Source of the DNA: Paecilomyces variotii
Taxonomy: Eukaryota
Strand: one strand, 5' to 3'
Assembly: GCA_004022145.1 (NCBI GenBank)
Contig: RCNU01000007.1
DNA: 20,000 nucleotides
Positions 1 through 12,042 of the stretch are shown here, one piece after another. Positions within the stretch are counted from its first letter, which is position 1; each line of letters begins with the position of its first letter. The notes under the pieces were generated by a model. The model was not told where the DNA came from and did not search any database. It saw only the letters and a program-made list of their open reading frames with translations. The position numbers were made by a program, and so were the translations under genes.

Positions 1-20
1 TAATTTCTCGGATAAATCAG

Positions 21-231
21 CAATGCCTATTTCAGGCTTCCTGAAGGATATACGCTTCGGTGGCGCTTAGGGAACGAAAAACTTTTCAAGCGTCACTCTC
101 ATATCAAATGGAACATGTTTTGGCAGTGGCTTGGCGAAGGCTTGTGCATCGACGTTGGCGGAGAAGACCGGATGTCTAGCATGGCCAGAAGCAACATGTC
201 AGTTGACCTGACCAGGAGACTGGGTGGTTGA
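21..231 (+). CDS. Possible terminal exon of an upstream gene (unknown product)
   Basis: A CAG acceptor-like site at 18-20 is followed by a stop-free, protein-like frame (NAYFRLPEGYTLRWRLGNEKLFKRHSHIKWNMFWQWLGEGLCIDVGG...RRLGG*) ending TGA 229-231. No family recognised. Confidence 0.3.
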
Positions 232-607
232 TTCTGAGTTATCAGCTCTGTGCGCATTCCAAAGAGATACAAATGTCTTCGAGTCGCAGACACTTTGGTC
301 CATTCTGCCTCCATGGGCCTGTTAACAGGATACGTAATTTTACCACAACACCAAAGACTGTTAGACATCAGAGGAAAAAGAGACATTGGACTGCGATTTC
401 AGTCTTCCGTCAATACTTCTACCTTGCTACAAGACACACTACACAGATCACTTCCCAGTTGCATCCGGTGCAGCCCCGGCTTGGCCCGCCTCGTGCTATT
501 ATGACATGGCATTTGCATGAGGTTCAAAGCTCAGCACTGTGAAACGGCACGTCATAGCCCATGAGAGGTACCTTGAAAGACCTTAACTGTCAAAGAACTT
601 TTGTTTA

Positions 608-1287
608 GGCTAAAATCGGACCCGCTGAAGCTACTTGAGCGTCAATTGAAGCTCCGAGAAATTTGTGCCTAGCTACTCGGTATCAATCGTTCTAGGACCT
701 GACAAGAATTCTGGTTTCTGTTCAATCACCGGATACTTAGATGCACCTGCAGTCAACCACATCAAAGTTTCTCTACTGTTGAAACAAACCCCTAGGATGA
801 GCAAGGCGGTCCTGCTGTTCTGACCTAGCTCCGTGGTTATACTAAAGTCGTCGGATCTGCCGACAACTTTATTTCCCCAGTTGTCTTCTTCCAGGATCCA
901 CGGATAAAATACACAGCTTGCCCGTGGAGACCCCACACCGTATTTCCCCGCATCCTTCGATCCGTTCAGTCCTGTGGCTGAGATACCGATGTTCCGCGAG
1001 CTGGGATCTCCTCGTGTCCGAATGATGTTCTGTAAAGTGCTACTTCTCTCAGAGCCTCCAGTTTGCATTCAGAATAATCGCTCCCAGCAAAAATTTCTCT
1101 CTCGCCATGTACTCTACGATATTGGGGTTATTCCGTTCTGCAAAGAGCCTTGGGCTCTTAGTGTAGGACGCTAATTCTGGGGAAGACCGAAGAACGTCCG
1201 CCATCTCGCCATTCTCGGAGGTGGGAGATGGAAGCCAGGGAAATTCCTCCATTTCTGCACGCGTTCTCGCGTGGCCATGATTCAGCC
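608..1287. promoter_or_regulatory. XlnR-like binding sites upstream of the beta-xylosidase
   Basis: GGCTAAA 608-614, CGGATAAA (CGGNTAAW type) 901-908, GGCTGA 976-981, and GGCTGAA on the minus strand 1281-1287. These match known Aspergillus XlnR consensus motifs, and xlnD genes are established XlnR targets. Confidence 0.6.
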
Positions 1288-1399
1288 TAAATCGCAGGCA
1301 CTCCGATCCCCTGCCTACATTCGGTCGGATATCGGCCAGAGACAGGAGATCGACTCGACGACCTTCTATACTTGGATGAGCCCCATGAGTCCTGTGGGG
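875..1399. promoter_or_regulatory. CreA-like (SYGGRG) carbon-catabolite repression sites
   Basis: SYGGRG matches at 875-880(-), 924-929(+), 931-936(-), 946-951(-), 1056-1061(-), 1177-1182(+), 1394-1399(+). Four cluster within ~80 bp. Confidence 0.5.
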
Positions 1400-1445
1400 T
1401 CCAGATGTATTTCTTTTCCAAAGTGAGAGCCTGCAGTCTGTGTAA

Positions 1446-1451
1446 TATAAA
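1446..1451 (+). promoter_or_regulatory. TATA box
   Basis: TATAAA about 85-105 bp upstream of the two candidate start codons. Confidence 0.55.
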
Positions 1452-1531
1452 TACCCATGATGGAGAGCTCCATGGACCTCGAAATAGAGAAGACGCAGTC
1501 GTGTGCTCTGGATTAACACCATTGACGCCTG

Positions 1532-3934
1532 ATGGTCCACGAGTTACATGCCATGGCGTCCATCGGCTCTCTTCTCACCGTTCTGGCGGCTCTGGCGCCG
1601 ACCACACTGGCTCAGGCCAACACCTCTTATGTGAACTATAGCGTCCAGGCGCAGCCAGATCTGACGCCTCGGACCCTGGCCACGATCGATCTCTCCTTCC
1701 CCGACTGCACCAATGGGCCATTGAGCACGAATCTCGTCTGCAACACCTCGGCGACCCCGTGGGACCGCGCGAGTGCTCTAATCTCTCTTTTCACGCTCGA
1801 GGAGCTGGTTAACAACACCGGTAACACGGCTCCTGGTGTCCCGCGTCTGGGTCTGCCTCCCTATCAAGTGTGGAATGAAGCCCTGCACGGATTGGACCGC
1901 GCAAACTTCACCCCATCAGGGGACTACAGCTGGGCGACGTCCTTCCCGATGCCCATCCTGTCTATGGCCGCGCTGAACCGGACTCTGATCAACCAAATCG
2001 CATCTATCATCGCAATTCAGGGTCGTGCATTCAACAACGCCGGACGGTATGGTTTGGACAGCTATGCTCCGAACATCAACGGTTTCCGCAGCCCTATGTG
2101 GGGACGTGGACAGGAGACTCCTGGTGAAGACGCACAGTATCTGAGCGCCGTGTATGCTTATGAGTACATCACCGGTTTGCAAGGTTTGGACGAGGAACAC
2201 CAGAAATTGCTGGCCACGGCGAAGCACTTTGCCGGTTATGACCTGGAGAACTGGGACGGCCACTCTCGCTTGGGTAATGATCTCAACATCTCGCAGCAAG
2301 ATCTTGCCGAGTACTACACGCCCCAGTTCCTGGCTGCGTCACGGTATGCCAAGGTGCGCAGCTTCATGTGCTCCTACAATGCAGTCAATGGCGTTCCCAG
2401 CTGCGCCAATCCGTGGTTGCTGCAGACGCTGCTCCGTGAGTCCTTTGATTTCGTTGATGATGGTTATGTCTCTTCCGACTGTGATGCCGTCTACAACGTC
2501 TTCAACCCTCACGAATACGCCGGAAACCAGACCGCTGCTGCTGCTGTCTCCCTTCTTGCAGGTACTGATATTGACTGCGGAACCGATTATCCCTGGTTTT
2601 TGAACGAATCCTTCTACGAGGGACGCGTCTCGCGCGGCGACATCGAGAAGAGCGTCATCCGTTTGTATTCGAATCTGGTCCGTGTGGGCTATTTCGATGG
2701 CAACGATACTGAATACCGGAAGCTGGATTGGAATGATGTCCTGAAGACCGATGCACAGAACATCTCATATGAGGCTGCAGTGGAAGGAATTGTCCTTCTT
2801 AAGAATGACGGCACGCTGCCGCTATCCAAGAAGGTGCGCAGCGTCGCGCTCATCGGCCCATGGGCAAATGCTACTACCCAGCTTCAAGGAAACTACTTCG
2901 GACCTGCCCCCTACCTGGTTGGTCCCCTGGCAGCGTTCCAGGAGACCTCGCTGCAAATTAATTATGCTTTCGGGACCAACATCTCCTCTAACTCCACCGA
3001 GCAATTTGCCGAGGCCATCAGCGCAGCTAAGAAGTCAGACGTTGTCGTCTTTGCCGGTGGTATTGATAACACCATTGAGGCGGAGGGCATAGACCGCATG
3101 AACATCACCTGGCCCGGAAACCAGCTCACTCTCATTGAAGAGCTTAGCAAGCTCAACAAGCCGCTGGTAGTTTTGCAGATGGGTGGTGGCCAGGTGGACT
3201 CCTCTTCGCTGAAGGAGAACCCGAAGGTCAACTCCCTCGTCTGGGGTGGCTACCCCGGCCAGGCTGGTGGATATGCTCTGGTCGATATTCTCACCGGCAA
3301 GCGTGCACCCGCCGGTCGCCTCGTCACCACACAGTATCCCGCGGAATATGCCACCCAGTTTCCCGCGACGGATATGAGCCTGCGTCCCGAGGGCAGCAAC
3401 CCCGGACAGACTTACATGTGGTACACTGGCAAGCCTGTCTACGAATTCGGTAGCGGTCTGTTCTACACTACCTTCTCCGTCTCTGAGTCCTCGTCAAGCA
3501 CCAAGAGTTTGAGCGTGAGGGGAGGCAACAGCTACAACATTGTCGACCTTCTGTCACAGTCCCATGCGGGCTATGAGTACATTGAACAAGTCCCCTTCCT
3601 CAACTTCACCGTCACTGTGAAGAACACCGGAAAGACCGCTTCCCCTTACTCCGCCATGCTCTTCGCTAACACCACGAACGCCGGACCTGCTCCATACCCC
3701 AACAAGTGGCTCGTCGGTTTTGATCGCCTGCCAGAGATTAACCCCGGAGAGTCTACCACGCTGACCATTCCTGTGGCTATTGGTAGCGTGGCGAGAACCG
3801 ACGAGGACGGAAACAGGATCCTTTACCCTGGAACGTATGATCTGGCGCTCAACAATGAGCGTGATGCCGTTGTCAGCTTCACTTTCACTGGTGATGCTAC
3901 TGTGCTGGAGAGGTGGCCCAGTCCTAGCTCCTAA
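1532..3934 (+). CDS. xlnD: Secreted GH3 exo-1,4-beta-xylosidase (XlnD/Bxl1 type); start may be ATG 1553
   Basis: Intronless 800-aa ORF with a hydrophobic signal peptide ending ...TLA-QANTSYV. GH3 motifs WNEALHG, WGRGQETPGED, KHFAGY, MCSYN, VSSDCDAV (nucleophile) and GIDNTIEAEGIDR (acid/base region), plus an Fn3-like C-terminus (KWLVGFDRL). Closely resembles Aspergillus XlnD. ATG 1553 has the stronger context (GCCATGG). Confidence 0.93.
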   Translation: MVHELHAMASIGSLLTVLAALAPTTLAQANTSYVNYSVQAQPDLTPRTLATIDLSFPDCTNGPLSTNLVCNTSATPWDRASALISLFTLEELVNNTGNTAPGVPRLGLPPYQVWNEALHGLDRANFTPSGDYSWATSFPMPILSMAALNRTLINQIASIIAIQGRAFNNAGRYGLDSYAPNINGFRSPMWGRGQETPGEDAQYLSAVYAYEYITGLQGLDEEHQKLLATAKHFAGYDLENWDGHSRLGNDLNISQQDLAEYYTPQFLAASRYAKVRSFMCSYNAVNGVPSCANPWLLQTLLRESFDFVDDGYVSSDCDAVYNVFNPHEYAGNQTAAAAVSLLAGTDIDCGTDYPWFLNESFYEGRVSRGDIEKSVIRLYSNLVRVGYFDGNDTEYRKLDWNDVLKTDAQNISYEAAVEGIVLLKNDGTLPLSKKVRSVALIGPWANATTQLQGNYFGPAPYLVGPLAAFQETSLQINYAFGTNISSNSTEQFAEAISAAKKSDVVVFAGGIDNTIEAEGIDRMNITWPGNQLTLIEELSKLNKPLVVLQMGGGQVDSSSLKENPKVNSLVWGGYPGQAGGYALVDILTGKRAPAGRLVTTQYPAEYATQFPATDMSLRPEGSNPGQTYMWYTGKPVYEFGSGLFYTTFSVSESSSSTKSLSVRGGNSYNIVDLLSQSHAGYEYIEQVPFLNFTVTVKNTGKTASPYSAMLFANTTNAGPAPYPNKWLVGFDRLPEINPGESTTLTIPVAIGSVARTDEDGNRILYPGTYDLALNNERDAVVSFTFTGDATVLERWPSPSS

Positions 3935-6369
3935 GTAAGAATTAGAAGTTGAAACGGGGCACGGCGGAGAAGAAACAGCATATATATAGTAAAAAATAAA
4001 CCATTCAATGTTAATTAGACGAGTATCTCTATAATACTCGCATTACATACGTGCATAACTTAATACAAAAAATTCCGACTCGTTCTCTTGTTTGCTTCTC
4101 AAGTACGATCCTTTATTCATCACACAGTAGGCAAAGAATTACCAGTATGCTGATCTCCTATAGAATGTAAACCCCCCTTAAAACTTGGACCATGTTCGCA
4201 TACTTCATATAAAAGTTCAAGAAACATACAATGCGAGTCTGCCTGCTAGCCAGAAAAGGAACCCAATCTCAAGAATCCAGTAAATTCCCCTGTAGTAGTT
4301 AATCAGAGACCTGGAACAGATAGTAGCTTTGAGTGAAATTACAGATACTCGGTAATCACCAACAGAGTAGGTCCCTTCACTCCCCTTTCCATAGGAATAT
4401 CAAGTGAAGGCCGCAAATACCCATCTACATCTCTATGAATGGAGAGAACGGAGAGTAAAACGACGTTTATTTCACTCTCTACCCCTCTATTTAAACCCCC
4501 ATGAATCTTTCTCCGAGTTGCATTTAACTCTTTTCTCGTATACATATCTGCCGTTGGGTCGGCGGTATATATAACGTTATTTAATATGCCTGCTTCCTCG
4601 TTACGATAGTATGTTTAATGGATCAGTCCGGCCAAGGATCTGCCTACACCAGAGGATGTCGAGGAAATAATCAAACTGCCTGTTCCACGCATCAAGACAT
4701 CCGTTGCCGGTCTCTTTTTCCTGGACCCGAACGACTACGAAGGAGTCGCAGAATCAAAATGGCCCATCAAATATGGGATAGACGACTCGCAATTTGTGTA
4801 TGACGAAGATACAGACACCTCCACTATGCACTGGCCGTATATCTGATAGCTTATGAACTGCCATTCGATACCTAAGTGTTACAGAACTAGCAGCAGGCAG
4901 GTACGGCCACGCCCTGGGCAGGCCGGGGCCGGGACATCACATATACTTAGCCTAGTATATTAGCCTTCCCCTCCATAGAGAGGAATATCATCATCTTCAT
5001 CATCCCACTGCGATCTTTCGTATCACTAAGTTTCATATGTTAATATCATTGAACTTAGGAGATGTCCACTACTGATGCCGCTGCTGATGCGGTCGTCCTG
5101 CTGCTTCCGAGACAGAGCACTCTGTTGACAGATCATATGAAGAAATGGTAATTTTCTCATTGATCGATTTCCTTCAGGTGATATACTTGAAAATTTCTCA
5201 TCGGTTCGGGAAGAGGATCATCTTCCCGCGGGTGATATATGTTCGGCAGACTCCGAGCTTAGGGTCCGGAGGATAATAATTCTTTCAATAATTCTTATAA
5301 TTATTGCATTGCAGCACTTCTGCTTCCAGTCGATGCTCTCTTCAAGACCGTCCCTCCTTCGGTCACTCAAAATGCCATTTGGCTTCCTATTCTGATCCCC
5401 TTCTAAGCTTTGCTGGTTAGAGGGATTCTACAATTTCTTTCTAACTAGGAGTTAGAAATTTAACTTATTAAGATCATTGGACATAATGCTTTTATAACTT
5501 TAAAGAAAAAATTAACTAAAAATAAGATAGATAGTATATTTCTATCTCTCCCTCTCTCTTTTTCTTTATATATATATATACTTATATATATAATTATTAA
5601 CTGGCATATAGTCTATACTCTATTAGGCTTATAAAAATTAAATATATAATTTATATATTTTAGAAGCTATACTTTATATAAATTAATAAGAATTATCTGC
5701 TCCTTATATATAGGATTATACTAGCAGAATATTAATATAATTCTTAATTATAAAGCAATAAAATTTAAAATAATAAAAGGGAATATTTATAATATATACC
5801 CCTCTACTGTCCTAATAATACTTAACTATATATTATATTAAAGTCTATTAGCTAATATCCTAATAAGAATTATCTTCCCTTAGGTATAGAATAAAACTAC
5901 TCCCTTTATCTTTTATATAAAGATAAAAACTATATTAATACTAGTTCTTTATAATAGGTAGTTAGGTTTATTATTTATATATATAGATTTAATCTTTAAA
6001 AATATTACTATAACTCTATTATTCTTAAATATATATAGAGTATATATTTACTAGCCCCTAGAAGATAAAACCTAGGTATATATCTTTTATATATATTATA
6101 TTAAGTATTAATATCTTATAGAGTATAAGAGTATATATATAAGAATATAATTATAATATTCTTTTAATAAATTAACTCTATCTATATAAATAAATATATA
6201 TTATATATTATATAGTATAAATAAGTCTTAATATAATATAGGTGTTTTATATATATTAATTACAATATTAATTACTAATCTAAGTTAATATATTATTAAA
6301 GAGATTATATCTTTATTAAAAGATATATTTAATTTATTCTCCTATTTAAATTATATAGACTGGTTATAT

Positions 6370-6560
6370 GGGTGGTTTGGTTCGGTTCAGGGGAGGGTTA
6401 GACTGCCTATAGTGGGTTTTAGTTTAAGGCAGGAAAACTATACTTAAACCGAACTATATTCTGGCGGTTCGGTTTAAAACTAAAAAAACCAAAATATTTG
6501 CTAAGACCGGGCGCTAAACTAACTTAAGTTAGATTTTTCTTAAACAGTTTGGTTTAAATA
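6370..6560. repeat. Left subterminal repeats of the hAT (GGTTCGGTTT/AAACCGAAC variants)
   Basis: Multiple GGTTYGGTT / AAACC(G)AA units in both orientations next to the TIR, typical of hAT transposase-binding subterminal regions. Confidence 0.8.
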
Positions 6561-7089
6561 GTTTATACAGTTTACAGTATTAAAGGTATTAATATTCTAT
6601 ATTATTTTATATTATTATTAAATTTATATCCTTTTAAATCTATAGCTAAAAAATAGTTTAGATATAATATTATTATATTAAATCTAAAAGTATAAAGATA
6701 GTCTTTTAAAATATTATTAAATATTAATATAGACTTTAAAATAATTGTTATAGAAATATATATATATATTTATAAACTATAGTGCTAATAGAGTACTATT
6801 AAACAATATATATAATTTATTATAAAAGCTAAAGTTATTAAACTAAAGAATAGATTTTATTTACTATTATTATTCTTAATAGAAAGTAATTTCTAGATTA
6901 TTCTTTTAATAAGTTAACAGTAAAATCTATATATAATTAGTAAGTTATAACTTCTATAAAAAATATATAAATTCTATATATTTATAAAGCTTATTAAAAT
7001 TCTAACTTAAGTTTAAACTATTAAGATCATATTATTCTTATAGCTATTTCTTTTTTATCTAGATATAGTTTTTAAATTAAATATTATTC

Positions 7090-8700
7090 TCTTATAATAG
7101 ATAATCCCCTAATTAAGCTATTTAATATAGCTATTCTATTATAAATTGCAGATACTTATTTTGCCCTGATTTAGCTCTATTAATATAATACTATAATAAT
7201 AAAACTAAGATCTTTTTTCTTATTAATTTTAAGAAATAATTCTATACTGGAAGAAGAAATTAATATAATTATTTTTAGCTAGGATCTTATAGATTATAAT
7301 CCCAAATTATAAGATATTTTTCTTTATTATTTAAGGAAGCAATTAAAGCAATTCCCTAAATATACTAGAATTATTTGTCCTAAATTAGATTAGCTATCTA
7401 TATTTTTATTAGTGTACTAAACATAATAAGCTAAGTTATTTAATGCTTTTTTGCGGTAGACTATAAGTAGAAATATATATCTTATATATTAATATCGGGC
7501 AATAAAATTTGCTAATTTGCCTTTTAAATAATATTAAGAAAAGAAAGAAAGCAAGAATAAATATAAGGATATCCCTTAATCTTATTAAGCTAAATAAGAA
7601 ATATAGCAATTTCAGATAAAATAACTTTAGGATTAGTAAAGATATCCTTAAGAATAATTAGATTAATCTTAACAGTAACTATTATAACCCAGGGCTAATA
7701 TCTTTTTTTTTTAAAGGCGAATTAAATAAGATAATTTTAAAAAAAAAATATTAAGATTTTATAAAGCAATAGTTAAAAGAAATTATAAGTTATTTATTAT
7801 TATAATAGCTCTAGGTACAAAAGGCGGTTTAGATAAACAATCTAAGCTAGAAAAGAGTATTTTAACTTAAGTTAGAATATACTAAAAGGTTATACTTAAA
7901 GTATTTAGCATTACTTTAGCTATATTACTAAATAAACTGACTATTGCCTATATATAATTTAGCCTATAAAGGAATAAGATAAATAACAAATATTATATGC
8001 TAATCTTTTAGTTAAGTATATTTAACTAAAACCTAAGAATCTAAAGCGCCTTTAAGATATTACTATAAGCTATTAAGAAAGAAATACAAGCAGCAAGTTA
8101 TTATAAGATATTACTAATAATAGAGATAATAACAAATTAAATATATAATAAACCTACTTATAATTTAACTTAAGTTAGAATTTATAAATTTAGTCTCTAA
8201 AAAATAGGCAAGGCTTGCTTATTTAATTAGCAATAATCTTACTAATAATAGTTAATTAAAGCAGTAATAGAATAATTAATAAGGGAGCCTAGGGAGTCTC
8301 TAACATTATATACCTATATATATACAATTTCTTAATTAGGTATAGTCTATATTGGGAGTATATATATTATATTATTTTTTCTTTTACTATATTTACTTCT
8401 TTTACTAAATATACTCTTTGGTAAAAAGAGTAGATTTTAACCTAATTAAAATTTAATTAAGGAACTTTAGGTAAGGAATAGTGCATAAATTAGATAATAA
8501 TCTAACTTAAGTTAAATTATTTTTAAGGATATAAGGGAAGATTATTATATATTACTATAAATTACTAATCCTACTATAATTAAAATTCTAACTTAAGTTA
8601 AAGACTCTATAATTTTATCTATTAGAAAAATAGTATAAATAATAAAAGCACCTATCAGATAATAAGGCAAACTTTCTAAAATTTTAATATAAAGAACCCA
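7090..8700 (+). pseudogene. RIP-degraded exons of unknown product (5' part of the ParB-like gene or a third gene)
   Basis: Codon-like frame at ~7100-7630 with RIP-type stops, and intron-like segments carrying the palindrome (e.g. 8471-8527 GTAAGG...TTTAAG). No domain recognised. Confidence 0.4.
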
Positions 8701-11540
8701 GCTAGAAGTATTAATAAAAGAGACTTAAAGCTTATAATTACAGTAATTCTATAGAACCCTATTTAGATTTTAAGCCTATTTAAATTAATATGCTATATAG
8801 GCTAAAGGCCTATATAGCTAAGGCTAGAGTCTTTTTAATAATAAGAGATAATATAATCTGCGCAGAGCTTAAGAATAAATATCTAAGAATATTATATATA
8901 GATATAAGAAAGCTTAAAATATCTTAGAAAGACATAGAATGCAATTAAGATATTAATATTAATTATATTAAGAATTTAAAGAATAAATTCTATACTAGCA
9001 TATGGAGATTTGATATTAATATATAAATAAAAGTGACCCTAAATATTAAGGACTTTAACCTAGCGTTATAGATATATATAGCAGAACTATTAGAATTAAT
9101 AAATATTAGTAATATCTGCAGTCTCTTAAGGCAGCAGCAGAGTAAAAATAGCAACTTTTTTATCTATTTAAAAAAATGGCTAGAAGAGCTTATATTGTTA
9201 ATATTATAAGCCGGGCAATATTATTATATAGCTCTTCTAAAGCTACTGATTAAGTAAAAAAAAACAGCTACTGCTAAAGCTATTAATTATAAAAAAAAGA
9301 TAATTAAAAGACTATAGGCTAATATATATCCCTATTTTAATTTAAATTAGAATTTAGCTAATTAATCTATAGATATATCTCTGGGCTATTAACCTCTATA
9401 ATAAGGCAATATTATTAGAAGTTCTTATAATATTATAATCTAATCATAAAGATATTGCTCGTATTAATATTAATAAAGAATATATGCTCTTACTTATTAA
9501 AGAATAGGAGAAAAAACCTATAGATTAATATAAAGAACTGCTAAAAAATTATAAAGAGTTTAAAAATTAGGCATACCTTATTATTAGTATATTATTTAAC
9601 TATATAGCTTATGCTATAGCCCCTCTGCGCAGTAATATTTAATTGCAATATTTATAGGAATATTTGCGGATAGCTTATAATTGCTCTTATTAGAACTATA
9701 TATTAAGAGAGATAATTATAAATATAAAGCTAAATTAGATATATTTGGGGATCTAATTTTAATTTTAATTTTCTAACTTAAGTTAGATCTAGATTATAGA
9801 GTTTAAAAAGTTTTTTAGCTTTATTAAGATAATCTTTATAGATAAGTAGAACAGAATAATATTAATAAAAGATTAAAGACTAATTACTAAATATTACTAT
9901 AGCGCAAGCAATTATACCTTATATATATTATTCTTTCTTTTGTGGGCAGATTATAAAAATAATAGACTTAAATTATTTTTAGATTGTAAGTAGTTTAATA
10001 AATAATTATTACCTTGCTTAAAGATTCCTATACTATTTCTTAAAAACTCTACTTAATAACTATCTTTCTTTATAGCCCTGCCGGATAAAGTATATATATA
10101 AGTATAGAAGAATATTTCAAAGAATAGGGAACTTAAGTTCCCCTTATAATAAGTTTTAACTTAAATTAGATATAAAAATTAATTGCAAACTAATTATTAT
10201 AGGAGCTTATAGATTAATTTTAATAATAAAGTTAGTCTTCTATTAAAATCTATGCTGAAATATATTATATTCTAATATAATTTAGAGTAGCAGTATCCTA
10301 CCGCAGCTTCTAAATATCTCTAAGAATTCTAATAGATAAATAAACTTTAATATTCCCTTTTTTATAAGTCCAATAATATATATACTGCTAAAGGCTTTAT
10401 AAAAAAACTTATTAATAAGCTCTATAAAGACTCCCTGTAGACCTAGGCAGATCTAAAGCATTATATAATAACTTTACTTAACTATAATTAGAATTAATAC
10501 TAATATCTTTTAGCTATTAAAACTATATAGCAATTTCTACTTTTAGAATATTAAAGAATAAGATAGTTATAACTAATAGTATATATATCTTTCCTATTTT
10601 AAGCGGCGCTATTAGACTTATATCCTCTATATAACTTCTGAAGCAGTCCTATTTAATTTTAAGGATATTATAAGTTAATTTAATAATAAGAGCAAGATTA
10701 TAAGTCTAGACTATTCTAACTTAAGTTAAAATTAATATAATATAGGGTAAATAACTTTTTATCTTTACTGTCTTTAGCAGTATTATATAGTGAGCCTAAT
10801 TCTAATATAATAATATAATAAAGAATCTAAGAATCCTAAAAATTAACTAATATAAGGATAACTTAAAGACTTAATCTAACATTACTGGGGCTCTATAGAT
10901 ATACTAATTTATTAAGAGAAGTATAGTTTATATTATAAAGCTTAGCTTCTCTAAGACTAATAATTGTAAGAAAGATTCTAAGGATTTTATTAAGACTAAG
11001 GTATATATGCCACTAATCTAACTTAAGTTAGAAATTAACCTAATTTAGAAGGAATAATATTAATATTTACAGGCATTAAGAGAGGTTGCTAATTTTTTAA
11101 TTAAATAAGACTAGACTCTAGATATAGATAATATAAATAAATATCTGCGGTGCTTTATACTGGATTGTAATCTTAAAATTAAGAATAAATATACTGCTTA
11201 GAAAAAGTTATATACGCCTCTTTTAATCTTATTAAACTAACTATTAATAAATAAATGCCCTTATAATAATAATAAGGAATAATATAAGCTAGAGAATTAG
11301 AAACAGCTCTAAGCTATTACTTTTAATATCTTAAGGAAGAAATAGAAAGTATTAAAGGATTTTATAAGTAAATAGATTAATATATCTATTCTAACTAAAG
11401 TTAGAACAAGATTTAATTAAAATTTTAGATTGAGATGCAGAGACTAATAGGGCAAATAATATATTTTAAAAAAATAATATAGATAATAATAATAAAGGTA
11501 AGTTATTTTTCTTACTAATTATATTATTAAACAGTTATAA
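8700..11540 (+). pseudogene. RIP-degraded intron-rich gene with a ParB/Srx-like domain (DUF3723-like); boundaries approximate
   Basis: One frame at 8856-9323 reads KYL(R/G)ILYIDIRKL...N*DININ(Y/H)(I/V)KNLKNKFYT(S/G)I(W/R)RFD...IL*AGQ(Y/H)(Y/R)YIALLKL. Removing a 49-nt intron (9324-9372) puts YLWA(I/V)(N/D)LY in frame, followed by L*SNHKDIAR. This matches my recollection of the motif order in DUF3723-type proteins. Confidence 0.65.
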
Positions 11541-12042
11541 TAATATTATTATTATAAATATAAAAATGGGGCTAAGTTTTTGGTTTAGGTTTAAATTTTT
11601 TAGTTTAACTTTAGGTAAGCTATCTTAATAATATTTACTTAGTATATAAGAAACTAACTTAAGTTAGAAATAAAATAATCAGGTTTTTTTTAGACTAATA
11701 ATATAATCTCCACTTCTAAATTAGATTATTTAAGAGTAGTTTTTTTCTAGTAATAAGAACTTATATTATTTAGAAGCTTTATCTCTAACTTAAGTTAGAG
11801 TAGATTCTATTAATAGGATAGAAATTAATTCTTAGGGATTTAATTTAAGTTAATATGGCTATTGCTTTTTATTTTTATTTTGGGATAATAATTAAGGATA
11901 GAAGAGTAAGACTGTAAAAATAGGGACTATAGAATAGAAGAAAAAAATAGTATATTTTAATAATTTAAGCTGGCTCTATAGCAATCTAAGATATAATATA
12001 TTTAAGCAAGAATCTAACTTAAGTTAAAATGCTATAGACATT

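Noticed and set aside
99-1641. ORF-track ORFs of 66-163 aa upstream of xlnD
   Set aside because: Mutually overlapping, no recognisable domains, and they mostly fall in the promoter region.
1636-3231. Short ORFs overlapping the GH3 gene on other frames or strands
   Set aside because: Shadow ORFs of a GC-rich coding sequence with no recognisable motifs.
4339-4803. ORFs 4339-4545(-) and 4618-4803(+)
   Set aside because: No recognisable features. The second is an alternative frame of the more protein-like pseudogene frame starting at 4586.
5040-5400. Minus-strand quasi-ORF with a possible zinc knuckle
   Set aside because: The plus-strand frame is better supported by splice signals and RIP-type stops, and the knuckle motif needed too many assumed reversions.
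10127-10142. Variant palindrome GGGAACTTAAGTTCCC as a compensated copy of the motif
   Set aside because: It lies in a predicted exon (reads R-E-L-K-F-P) and its arms differ from the consensus by transversions. It occurs once, so it is not counted.
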